From an uncultured Clostridia bacterium (GTDB lineage Bacteria > Acidobacteriota > Aminicenantia > UBA2199), in assembly GCA_964502145.1 (NCBI GenBank), contig CAZCVI010000029.1:9431-73430 (forward strand): 64,000 nucleotides of DNA, written 5' to 3'. The position numbers were made by a program, and so were the translations under genes. Below the pieces are notes generated by a model that was not told where the DNA came from, searched no databases, and was given only the letters and a program-made list of their open reading frames with translations. Below, in pieces: positions 50,805-62,407 of this stretch (within the stretch, counting starts at the first letter, position 1; each line of letters starts with the position of its first letter).

Positions 50805-52199
50805 ATGAATGAATTGAATGAAATAAAAGAAGAGATTTTCAGAGAATATGATATTCGGGGCATTGTGGAAACGGAATTGCAAGACGATGTGGTAGACCGT
50901 ATTTCCTCGGCTTTTGCCACTATTTTTGTCAATGCCGGAAAACAAAAGATCGTGGTGGGCATGGATGGACGTCCGAGTTCGCAACGGTTAAAAGATATTA
51001 TGGTTCAGAGTTTGAGCCGTTATGGTTTGGATGTGTTGGATATTGGTTTGGTGCCAACGCCGGTGATGTATTACGCGGTATTCAAGCGTAATTTGGATGG
51101 TGGGGTGATGATCACGGCGTCTCATAATCCAGGGGAATACAATGGCTTCAAAGGATTGGTTGGAAAAGAGGCGCAATCGGGTAGTCAGGTCAAGGAGATT
51201 TATCAGATTGCAGTAGGGGGAAAGTTCCCGCCGGAAAAGCAAGGCTCGGTGGTCACCGAAGATATTCTTCAGGAATACATGGATTATATCTGCACGAACA
51301 TCCACTTACAGAAGAAGATCAAAGTGGTGGTAGATGCAGGCAATGGCACGGGTGGGATTACTGCACCAACACTGTACAGGAACCTGGGGGCGGAAGTGAC
51401 TGCGCTTTTCTGCGATGTAGATGGGATGTTTCCCAATCATCATCCGGATCCAACCAAAGAGGAAAACTTAAAAGATTTAATCGCGAAGGTTAAAGAGATG
51501 GATGCGGATATTGGTATTGGTTTGGATGGCGATGCTGACCGTATTGGAGTGGTGGATAAGATGGGCACGATTTTGTGGGGTGACCAGATGACGGTCTTGT
51601 TTGCGCGCGACATTTTGGCGAAGAATCCGGGCGCGAAAATTATTTCGGAGGTGAAAGCTTCGGAAGTATTGTACTCTGAAATCGCGAAACATGGTGGAGT
51701 GCCGATCATGTGGAAGACAGGGCATTCGTTGATTAAGAAAAAAATCGTGGAGGAAAACGCGGCGATGGCGGGTGAGATGAGTGGTCACATCTTTTTTAAT
51801 GATCGTTGGTTTGGGTTTGACGATGCGGTGTATGCGGGCGCACGATTAATGGAAATCCTGGCTGCTTCGCCGCTTTCTTTAACAGAGATGATCGCGAGTA
51901 TTCCTAAAGCGTATAACACACCGGAAATAAGGGTGGATACAACGGAAGAAGCAAAATTTGAAATCGTTGAGGCTTTGTTGAAGTATTATCAGAAGAGTTA
52001 TAAGGTGATTGCTATAGATGGAGCGCGGGTGAAGTTTCCTTTTGGGTGGGGTTTAGTGCGGGCGTCTAATACGCAGCCGTCGCTGGTGGTTCGTTTTGAA
52101 GCGGATTCCCCGGCGCATTTGCAAGAGATTCGCGACATGGTGGAACCCGTGATCGAAGAAACACGGAAAGAAATCGAAGCGAAACATCAAAAAAGGTAA
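50805..52199 (+). CDS. Phosphomannomutase/phosphoglucomutase (alpha-D-phosphohexomutase family)
   Basis: ITASHNPGEYNGFK active-site loop, GLDGDADR metal-binding motif and GEMSGH sugar-binding motif. Confidence 0.85.
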   Translation: MNELNEIKEEIFREYDIRGIVETELQDDVVDRISSAFATIFVNAGKQKIVVGMDGRPSSQRLKDIMVQSLSRYGLDVLDIGLVPTPVMYYAVFKRNLDGGVMITASHNPGEYNGFKGLVGKEAQSGSQVKEIYQIAVGGKFPPEKQGSVVTEDILQEYMDYICTNIHLQKKIKVVVDAGNGTGGITAPTLYRNLGAEVTALFCDVDGMFPNHHPDPTKEENLKDLIAKVKEMDADIGIGLDGDADRIGVVDKMGTILWGDQMTVLFARDILAKNPGAKIISEVKASEVLYSEIAKHGGVPIMWKTGHSLIKKKIVEENAAMAGEMSGHIFFNDRWFGFDDAVYAGARLMEILAASPLSLTEMIASIPKAYNTPEIRVDTTEEAKFEIVEALLKYYQKSYKVIAIDGARVKFPFGWGLVRASNTQPSLVVRFEADSPAHLQEIRDMVEPVIEETRKEIEAKHQKR

Positions 52200-52292
52200 C
52201 CCCGGCCCCCATTCCATTCCCTCTTCCTAGGCAAAAGTTTTAGGAGTCCAGAACCCTTTTTTAAAAGGGTTCTGGCCGCCGGAGGCATTTCT

Positions 52293-53216
52293 TTAGAGAC
52301 GGAAGTTGAGGCTTTTTTCGATGATTTGAAATTGGGCGGGGGTGGTTTGGCCGACTTCGCCATCGTATTGGATGTTGATAGGTTCGGAGTCTTCTGAGTA
52401 AACGTCGATAGTGCGGGCGTGTTTGATGGTGACTTTGGGGTGTTTGTGGATATTGCCGGTATAGAGGTGCCTGGAGTTGCGGATGATTTCGAAGCGGGAC
52501 ATATCTTCGATGAGGACAAGATCAAAGTAACCGTCATCGGGTTCTGCTTGGGGGGCGATTTGCATACCGCCGCCGAAGATGCGACCGTTGGCAATGGCGC
52601 CGATAAGGAAACGGTGGGAGATTTCTTCTTTGTGGTCAATAATAATTCTGACTTTTTTACTTTTGTAAGTTTGAATAGTAGAGAGGAGGCCTTTATAATA
52701 AGATAGGGCGTTGCGTTTTTCCGGGGGAATTTGGGAGATATGGCGTACTACTTCAGCGCCGAGTCCAAAATCGGCGACATTGAGAAAGTATGTACTGGGT
52801 TGGGGGGACCCAAAGGTAATACGACCGACATCGAATTTTCTTTTTTTAGAATTTTTGATTTGTTGGATAGAGAGTCTGAAGTCGCGGGGAATTTTCATAA
52901 AGCGGACGAAGTCTGAACCGGTGCCGGAGGGAATAATGGCAAGAGAAGCATCGTTGTTGATTGCTTCGCGGGAATCGGATTTAAAGAAACCGTTGGTGAT
53001 TTCATTGAGGGTGCCGTCGCCGCCGACGCCGATGATTAAATCGAAGCCTTCTTTTAGCAGTTGGCGGGCGATTTCGGTGGCGTGGGTGGGTTTTTCAGTG
53101 AAAATGTATTTGTATTCATGGAAATAATGTTTGATAACCTCGCGAATATCGCTCCAGCGGGCCCGCGTTTTGCCTCTGGCGGAGAAAGGGTTGACGATGA
53201 CGTGGACTTTTTCCAT
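52293..53216 (-). CDS. Diacylglycerol-kinase-family lipid kinase (YegS/BmrU-like)
   Basis: HVIVNPFSARGK and IIGVGGDGTLNEITNG. I prefer the ATG at 53216 (MEKVHV). The ORF track start at 53330 would add a (P-I-I/L)n segment encoded by the 9-bp repeat. Confidence 0.7.
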   Translation of the reverse strand: MEKVHVIVNPFSARGKTRARWSDIREVIKHYFHEYKYIFTEKPTHATEIARQLLKEGFDLIIGVGGDGTLNEITNGFFKSDSREAINNDASLAIIPSGTGSDFVRFMKIPRDFRLSIQQIKNSKKRKFDVGRITFGSPQPSTYFLNVADFGLGAEVVRHISQIPPEKRNALSYYKGLLSTIQTYKSKKVRIIIDHKEEISHRFLIGAIANGRIFGGGMQIAPQAEPDDGYFDLVLIEDMSRFEIIRNSRHLYTGNIHKHPKVTIKHARTIDVYSEDSEPINIQYDGEVGQTTPAQFQIIEKSLNFRL

Positions 53217-53220
53217 GGTT

Positions 53221-53292
53221 ATGGGAGGGATGGGAATAATGGGAATGATGGGAAGTATGGGAAGTATGGGAATGATGGGAGTGATGGGAAAA
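53221..53292. repeat. Eight tandem 9-bp units ATGGGARNN (minus strand: NNYTCCCAT)
   Basis: ATGGGAGGG ATGGGAATA ATGGGAATG ATGGGAAGT ATGGGAAGT ATGGGAATG ATGGGAGTG ATGGGAAAA, read directly. Abuts the ATG at 53216. Confidence 0.9.
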
Positions 53293-53389
53293 GAATAGAC
53301 GCGTTTGGAAGTATTGATTGGGGGCTGCATGTGGCGAGCTGTTTTTGGAAAAGGTTGGGGGTGTTGGAGGTATAGGGGATGTTTTTCAT

Positions 53390-54094
53390 TTAATCGATGA
53401 TAGTTACGGAGCTTTTGACAGCGTTAACAGGATAGGAATCGGTGATCATGATTTTCCCATCGGTGGTGCGGTATTGGTATATTTTAGTGCTGGTTTTTGC
53501 GGAATAGGCGCCAGAGTAAGACATACCCATGTATTGCATGATGCGTTTGATGTAGTTACGGGTTTCATTGTAAGGGGGAACACCCTTGTATTTTTTCACA
53601 GCTTCTTCACCTGCATTGTACGCGGCAAGAGTGAGGGGGATGTCGCCATCATATTTATCATAGAGGTATTTCAAGTGTCGAATGCCTGCTTCCAGGTTTT
53701 GATGGGCATTGTAGCGGTTGACTACACCGTATAAGTTGGCAGTTTCTTGCATGAGTTGCATGATCCCCACTGCGCCTTTAGGGGATACGGCAAGCGTATT
53801 AAAGGAGGATTCGGCACGGGCTACGGCCACTACAAGTGCTTCTTGAACACCATATTGTGCGCAGAAAAGACGGATTTTTTCGAGGTAAAGGGCGGGAATC
53901 ACATGGCTACGCGACCGGGTGGCAGAGGAACGCCGCGACTTATTGAATAACTTCTTGTAATCACCGTAGGAACTTGCATAATCATTGGAAATATTGAGTG
54001 TGCCATCTTTCTCCTGGCGAACGATGATTTGCGCGCGCACGGTGACGGTGGCAAGCAGCAAGATCATAACTAAACCGGCTGTTGTTTTCTTCAT
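53390..54094 (-). CDS. Lytic transglycosylase (SLT domain) with signal peptide
   Basis: VARAESSFNTLAVSPKGAVGIMQLM (catalytic Glu-Ser, GxMQ) and AAYNAG. Confidence 0.85.
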   Translation of the reverse strand: MKKTTAGLVMILLLATVTVRAQIIVRQEKDGTLNISNDYASSYGDYKKLFNKSRRSSATRSRSHVIPALYLEKIRLFCAQYGVQEALVVAVARAESSFNTLAVSPKGAVGIMQLMQETANLYGVVNRYNAHQNLEAGIRHLKYLYDKYDGDIPLTLAAYNAGEEAVKKYKGVPPYNETRNYIKRIMQYMGMSYSGAYSAKTSTKIYQYRTTDGKIMITDSYPVNAVKSSVTIID

Positions 54095-54124
54095 TCTTTT
54101 TATTTGTCTGTTTATGTTCTCTGT

Positions 54125-56766
<2,642 letters not shown>

Positions 56767-56770
<4 letters not shown>

Positions 56771-58008
56771 AAATCTTCCAGTTCCAGCAGGTTGTGGTCT
56801 TTGTATGTATCGGCATTAGGCTGGTTTTTATTAGTGCCATAACCCATATCGCCACCCAAGCTGGTAATTTCACTGCCGGAATTATTACCGATATCCGACA
56901 TTCTTTTTTCCATTTCTTCCATTGACATATCCTTGGTTGATTGCAAGCCGATTTTTTTAAGTTTGAATTCATCCGGGTTACTCGTCCATTTGAGCGCTTC
57001 GTCGTAAGTGATGAGGCCTTTTTGAAAGAGGAAGTAGAGCGATTGATCAAAGGTTTGCATGCCATATTGCGAGACACCCGCAGAAATCGCGTCTTTGAGC
57101 AGCTTGGTTTTTTCTTGATCCATGATACATTCCTGAATATAAGAAGTAGTGATCAAAATTTCCACCGCAGGAACGCGGCCTTTTTCATCCGCACGGGGAA
57201 TCAGGCGCATAGAGATCACCGATTTTAACACCGCGGCCAATTGAATACGAATCTGTTTTTGTTGGTGCGGCGGAAAGATCGAGATAATGCGGTTGATTGT
57301 TTCCGGTGCATCCAGAGTATGCAGCGTCGAGAGCACAAGGTGGCCCGTTTCGGCAGCCATGAGAGCTGTTTCGATAGTTTCCATATCGCGCATTTCACCC
57401 ACCAGGATAACATCCGGGTCTTCACGAAGCGAGGCACGCAACGCCTTGGAAAAACTTTCCGTATCTTGTCCGATTTCACGTTGATTCACAATGCTTTTTT
57501 TATCCCGGTGGAGGTATTCGATAGGGTCTTCAATAGTAATGATATGTTCCAGGCGGTGGGTATTGATAAAATCAATCATAGCCGCCAAGGAAGTTGATTT
57601 TCCGCTGCCCGTCGTTCCCGTGACCAGGATCAGACCGCGACGTTCATTGGCGATGCGTTCAATGACCACCGGAAGATTGAGGTCTGAAATAGTTTTCACC
57701 TGCGTAGGAATAACCCGCATGACAATACCAACCGCACCCCGTTGATGGAACACATTGCAGCGAAACCGACCAAGACCAGCCACACTGTAAGCCATATCCA
57801 GTTCATGTTCTCTTTTGAATCGTTCCTTTTGGATATCGTTCATCATCGAATAAGACATAGCAATGGTATTTTCTTGCATGAGGCGTTTTAGTTCTACCAG
57901 CGGTTGCAGTGCTCCATTAACGCGCAGTATCGGGTGATTACCCACTTTCAGATGCAAATCCGAAGCACCCCGTTCAACTGATATTTTTAATAGATCGTCT
58001 ATATTCAT
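56767..58008 (-). CDS. pilT: Type IV pilus retraction ATPase PilT-like, with a ~50-aa C-terminal extension
   Basis: GASDLHL, LVTGTTGSGKST (Walker A), ILVGEMRD and HLVLSTLHT. AGGAG RBS before the ATG at 58008 (ORF track start 58029). The stop overlaps the alaS start (ATGA). Confidence 0.85.
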
Positions 58009-58120
58009 GCTGATCTCCTGACGTATCATATGCTAGTACCATATTATTATATCTCTTTTTGAAAAAATATCAAGAAAAGAAGAAAAATGGTTGAAATTTT
58101 TTTCCATTTTTCCTACTCGC

Positions 58121-58149
58121 TTGACAATACTTTTTAAAACCTTTATGAT
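58121..58149 (+). promoter_or_regulatory. Sigma70-type promoter TTGACA-N17-TATGAT
   Basis: TTGACA at 58121-58126, TATGAT at 58144-58149. Upstream of the PilZ gene and divergent from pilT. Confidence 0.6.
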
Positions 58150-58181
58150 AATACAATCCTTTAGTAGACAGGAATAAAATC

Positions 58182-58709
58182 ATGAATAATTCAACCGGTG
58201 TTGTGATATTTAGTCTGGTGTTGATTGGGTTGATCCTTTTGGTCATAGTCATCTATGTGTATTTAGAGAAAAAAAAAAAGGCAGTGATCAGCAAGAATTT
58301 CAAATCCTTTAGCGAGAATTATCAATCCTCGCAGAAGAATTTGCGGGCTGTGCCACGGGTCAATATCCCAGAAGCTATAGAAGTACTCATGACTCTCACG
58401 GACAGCGATTTTTTCGGCTTACGAGCACGCATAATAGACATGTCTTTGTCCGGGTTTTCGGTCAAACCGGATTTCCCATTAAAAAAATTACCCCTGAATA
58501 TGAAGGTCAACAATGTACTGGTCGTGACCCCGATCAATACGTTTGCAGTCAAAGAGATGAAAACAATTCGTATTGACCATCACTTTGAAAAGCGATTGAT
58601 GGCGTTTCATATTCAACAGATTGATGTGGATCAATTTGAGAACCTAAAACGGTTTATGGGGCATCTGGATGAGTTTCAACATAAAAATCACCTGTCTAAT
58701 GAAGAGTGA
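58182..58709 (+). CDS. Membrane-anchored PilZ-domain protein (putative c-di-GMP receptor)
   Basis: N-terminal TM helix. RAVPRVNI...(RxxxR-like) and DMSLSGFSV (D.S.GG-like) motifs. Confidence 0.6.
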   Translation: MNNSTGVVIFSLVLIGLILLVIVIYVYLEKKKKAVISKNFKSFSENYQSSQKNLRAVPRVNIPEAIEVLMTLTDSDFFGLRARIIDMSLSGFSVKPDFPLKKLPLNMKVNNVLVVTPINTFAVKEMKTIRIDHHFEKRLMAFHIQQIDVDQFENLKRFMGHLDEFQHKNHLSNEE

Positions 58710-58733
58710 AGGTGGATGATTAAGGATTAAAAA

Positions 58734-60185
58734 ATGAAGATTGCAGACATGGATTTTCCATTGAAGCCTTTTTTTATAGATATATTTAAAAACAACGTGT
58801 ACGTGGTAGGCGGGGTAGTCCGTGATTTTTTGCTATACGGTTCTATCGGGGAAAGCCCGGACATTGATTTGATGGTCGTGGGTCACACTTACGAAGAGAT
58901 CGAAGAAAAGTTAAAACCCCACGGCAAAACCAACACGGTAGGCAAGAGTTTTGCAGTAGTCAAGTTCACCAAAGATAATTATACCTATGATCTCTCCGTG
59001 CCCAGGCGCGACATGAAGCGGGACGGCGAGCACTATGGGCACAAGAACTTTGTGATTGAGTATGGACCGCATATTCGTTTAGAAGAGGATCTCTCCCGGC
59101 GCGATTTTACCTGTAATTCCATTGCCGTTAGGTTGGCAGATAACGAGGTTGTGGACCCTTTTGATGGCATGGGTGCAATAAAGGCCAAACGGATAGTAAT
59201 GACCGGGCCCGAAACATTTGTCGATGATCCCTTGCGGATTTTGCGGGCCGCGCGGTTTGCTTCAGTTCATCAGTTTATAGTCGATGAGGCCATATATATA
59301 TGTGCCAAAGATGTGCCCTTGGATGAATTAAGCAAAGAACGGGTGACCGAAGAGTGGTTTCGCCTATTACTGGAATCCGAGCGACCGTCATTGGGCATGA
59401 ACGAGTATTTTAAATTAAATGTATTGGAAAAACTGTTCCCCCCTTTTTTTCCTTTGCCATTGATCATTCAGGATGCGATTTTTCATCCCGAACAAGATGA
59501 GTATGGTCATCACACCGTGTGGTTTCACGTGATGGTGGCCCTTGATATTGCCAAGAAATTGAGCCGGATCTACCAGTTGAGCGAAGAACGGACATTGGCA
59601 TTGTTATTGGGCGTGTTGTTTCATGATGTAGGCAAGGCTGTGACCACTCGCTGGGAATTCAAGCGTGGACGGATGACCATTACGTCTATGTTTCATGATT
59701 CCAAAGGCGTGGAGATCGCCCAAGAATTTTTAAGTAGTTTGAAGATTGAGACACGCTTAAATTTCCCGTTGAAAAAGACAGTATTGAATTTAGTGCAGGC
59801 CCATCATCGCGTATTCGAGTTGTACCGGCATCGTGATGAAATTGGCTTCAAAGCATTTTCGCGTTTGGTACGGGACTTGGAAGACCAGGATTTATTATTA
59901 TTGTTACTTGATTTTGCCGATCGGCAGTCACGCGAACCCAACCCGCTCAGTTTTACGGAAGTAGATGAGATTACCCGCTGGTATTTCCGCCGCAAGGAAG
60001 AACTCAGCATCAGTATGGAAAGTATTCAACCCCTGGTCATGGGTCGGGATTTGCTTGTTTTAGGGATTAAACCCGGTGTGCAGATGGGCGCGTATTTGAA
60101 ACAATTGTACGAGCGACAGTTAGATGGTGAGTTTCATACCAAAGAGGAAGGCTTAACGATTTTCCAACAGATCAAAGAATTATGA
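58734..60185 (+). CDS. Poly(A) polymerase/CCA-adding-enzyme-family nucleotidyltransferase with an HD domain
   Basis: VVGGVVRDFLL..PDIDLMV head-domain motif, RRDFTCNSIA and HD motif LFHDVGK. Confidence 0.75.
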   Translation: MKIADMDFPLKPFFIDIFKNNVYVVGGVVRDFLLYGSIGESPDIDLMVVGHTYEEIEEKLKPHGKTNTVGKSFAVVKFTKDNYTYDLSVPRRDMKRDGEHYGHKNFVIEYGPHIRLEEDLSRRDFTCNSIAVRLADNEVVDPFDGMGAIKAKRIVMTGPETFVDDPLRILRAARFASVHQFIVDEAIYICAKDVPLDELSKERVTEEWFRLLLESERPSLGMNEYFKLNVLEKLFPPFFPLPLIIQDAIFHPEQDEYGHHTVWFHVMVALDIAKKLSRIYQLSEERTLALLLGVLFHDVGKAVTTRWEFKRGRMTITSMFHDSKGVEIAQEFLSSLKIETRLNFPLKKTVLNLVQAHHRVFELYRHRDEIGFKAFSRLVRDLEDQDLLLLLLDFADRQSREPNPLSFTEVDEITRWYFRRKEELSISMESIQPLVMGRDLLVLGIKPGVQMGAYLKQLYERQLDGEFHTKEEGLTIFQQIKEL

Positions 60186-60197
60186 TTCGTTTTATTT

Positions 60198-60458
60198 CTA
60201 TTTTTTAAATCTTGCCAATACCGTGCCGCTTTTGATTGAGCATTGACACATCAAGCGGTGAGATTCTTTCATTTCCATATCGATTTCAGATTCCGTCAGC
60301 GCGTTGAGGTTTTCTATTCCTTCTTCAATAACCACCTCGCACGTACCACAAGCCCCTTGCCCGCAACCGATAGCTAAACCCATCTCTTCAGCCGCATCCC
60401 GGAGCATGGAGCCGTCTTCCACTTCCATTTTTTGATCTTCAAGTTCTAATATTGCCAT
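60198..60458 (-). CDS. [2Fe-2S] ferredoxin-like protein
   Basis: GGAGG RBS before the ATG at 60458 (ORF track start 60542 rejected). CGQGACGTCEV...CQC cysteine pattern. Confidence 0.7.
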   Translation of the reverse strand: MAILELEDQKMEVEDGSMLRDAAEEMGLAIGCGQGACGTCEVVIEEGIENLNALTESEIDMEMKESHRLMCQCSIKSGTVLARFKK

Positions 60459-60584
60459 AATTCTAAACCTCCGTACTGGGACTCGCTTCAATAAATAAGC
60501 TCCAAAAAAATTTTGCTTGAATGAAGATAGAAAATACCACATCGAACAAACAAAGTCAAGTTGTTTTTCCTTTCATTTTTTCTC

Positions 60585-60613
60585 TTTACAATTGCTGGAA
60601 GTTTTTCTAAAAT
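60585..60613 (+). promoter_or_regulatory. Sigma70-type promoter TTTACA-N17-TAAAAT
   Basis: TTTACA at 60585-60590, TAAAAT at 60608-60613. AGGAG RBS, ATG at 60655. Confidence 0.5.
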
Positions 60614-60654
60614 AGTAGTGATCAAAAGAGTAATCGAAAAATAGGAGAAAGATT

Positions 60655-62289
60655 ATGACAATACAAGAGAAAGCCGATGTTTTTTTAGATAAATATTTGG
60701 CCGAGTACCAGGCCGCCTATAAAAAGCAAGCGGCAGCCTATTGGCAGGCAGCCAATTCCGGTACAAAAGAGGATTTTGAGGCCTATGCCGCAGCAGACCT
60801 CGCCATAAAACAATTGCACAGCGACCCGCACCGTTACGCCGAAATTCTCGCCCTTCTGGCAGACAAAGAGACACTGCACCCCTTAACCGCACGTGCTCTG
60901 ACCGTGGCCGAAACCGATTTCAAAGGCAACCAACTGCCCGACGACTTGCTGGAGAAACTGGTAAGTATGTCCACTGCTATTGAAGAGATTTTTAATAACT
61001 TCCGTGGCCAAATGGACGGCCAAGAATACTCCAACAACGACTTGCTGGACCTGATGAAAAAAGAAACGGATTCACAAAAGCGACAAAAAATCTGGGAAAC
61101 ACTAAAACAGGTGGGCGAAGAGATCGGTCCGAAATTAAAAGAACTGGCTAAAGTACGCAACGTCGCTGCAAAACAATTGGGCTACACCAATTATTGGGAA
61201 ATGGAAATACGTCTGCAAGAACATGATCCCGCTGAAATCCTGGAGATATTTGCCAACTTGGACCAGGAAACAACAGAACCTTTCAAACAGATGAAAATGA
61301 GTCTGGACAAAGAACTCGCCGCACGTTTCAACCTGACCCCCATAGAGATAATGCCCTGGCATTATGATAATCCTTTTTTTCAGGCCGCACCGCCTTCGGC
61401 TAAAGTGAATCTGGATGAATTTTATGAGAAAAAAACCAGCGCAGAGATAGTGGCTATGGTTAAAAAATTCTATTTTGATTTGGGTATGCCCGTGGATGAT
61501 ATTGCGGCTCGTTCTGATATGTATGAACGGCCCGGGAAACAACAACACGCCTTTTGTCTTTCCTTGGATATGGCCGGGGATACGCGGGTGCTGATGAATG
61601 TCAAACCCACCTGTGAATGGATGGATACCTCGTTGCATGAAATGGGGCATGGTATATATTATAAGTATAGCGATTGCAGTTTACCTTTTAATTTACGTGA
61701 AGCCGCCCATACCTTTACTACTGAAGCCGTAGCCATGTTGTTTGGTGCATTGGGGAAGAACCCTCTCTGGTTAACCACCTATGCGGGCGCCCAAAAACAA
61801 CGCGTTGCCGCATTGGAAGAAGATATTTTGGAACAGCGTAGGCGCGAGCAGTTGATTTTCGCCCGGTGGACTTTGGTTATGCTTCATTTTGAAAAGGAAA
61901 TGTACGAGAACCCAGACCAAGATTTAAATACCCGTTGGTGGGATTTAGTCGAGCGCTTCCAGTTTCTCAAACGTCCCCAGTCTCGTTTTGTTGCCGATTG
62001 GGCAGCCAAAGCCCATTTTGCGATTGCGCCGGTTTATTATCACAACTACATGTTGGGTGAACTTTTTGCCGCCCAGTTACGCGCCACCCTCGTTAAACTC
62101 GCCAAACATCAGGGTCCGACACATACTTTGAATTATACCGCTCATCATGTTTTCGCCGATTTTTTCAAGGAGAAAATCTTCAGACCCGGTTCCCGGTTCC
62201 CCTGGCCTGAATTTGTAAAACAAGCCACCGGCGAAGCCTTAACCGCAAAATATTTCGCCGCCGAAGGCACAATGTCTCCAAGCGTCTAG
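60655..62289 (+). CDS. Zinc metallopeptidase with HEMGH motif (M2/ACE-like or M3-like gluzincin)
   Basis: SLHEMGHGIYY (HExxH) and a downstream Glu in REAAHTFTTEAVA. 544 aa, no signal peptide. Confidence 0.65.
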   Translation: MTIQEKADVFLDKYLAEYQAAYKKQAAAYWQAANSGTKEDFEAYAAADLAIKQLHSDPHRYAEILALLADKETLHPLTARALTVAETDFKGNQLPDDLLEKLVSMSTAIEEIFNNFRGQMDGQEYSNNDLLDLMKKETDSQKRQKIWETLKQVGEEIGPKLKELAKVRNVAAKQLGYTNYWEMEIRLQEHDPAEILEIFANLDQETTEPFKQMKMSLDKELAARFNLTPIEIMPWHYDNPFFQAAPPSAKVNLDEFYEKKTSAEIVAMVKKFYFDLGMPVDDIAARSDMYERPGKQQHAFCLSLDMAGDTRVLMNVKPTCEWMDTSLHEMGHGIYYKYSDCSLPFNLREAAHTFTTEAVAMLFGALGKNPLWLTTYAGAQKQRVAALEEDILEQRRREQLIFARWTLVMLHFEKEMYENPDQDLNTRWWDLVERFQFLKRPQSRFVADWAAKAHFAIAPVYYHNYMLGELFAAQLRATLVKLAKHQGPTHTLNYTAHHVFADFFKEKIFRPGSRFPWPEFVKQATGEALTAKYFAAEGTMSPSV

Positions 62290-62350
62290 GTCATCTTTGT
62301 GCGTTAGTCTTTTTAATTTATGGACTTTTTTCGCCGTGGGCGTTTAAAAA

Positions 62351-62379
62351 TTGCCAATAGTTCCTTTTTATGGTATGAT
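62351..62379 (+). promoter_or_regulatory. Sigma70-type promoter TTGCCA-N17-(TGg)TATGAT
   Basis: TTGCCA at 62351-62356, TATGAT at 62374-62379 with TG two nt upstream. GGAGG RBS, ATG at 62408. Confidence 0.6.
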
Positions 62380-62407
62380 TAAACAATTCAGAATGGAGGA
62401 ATAGGCT

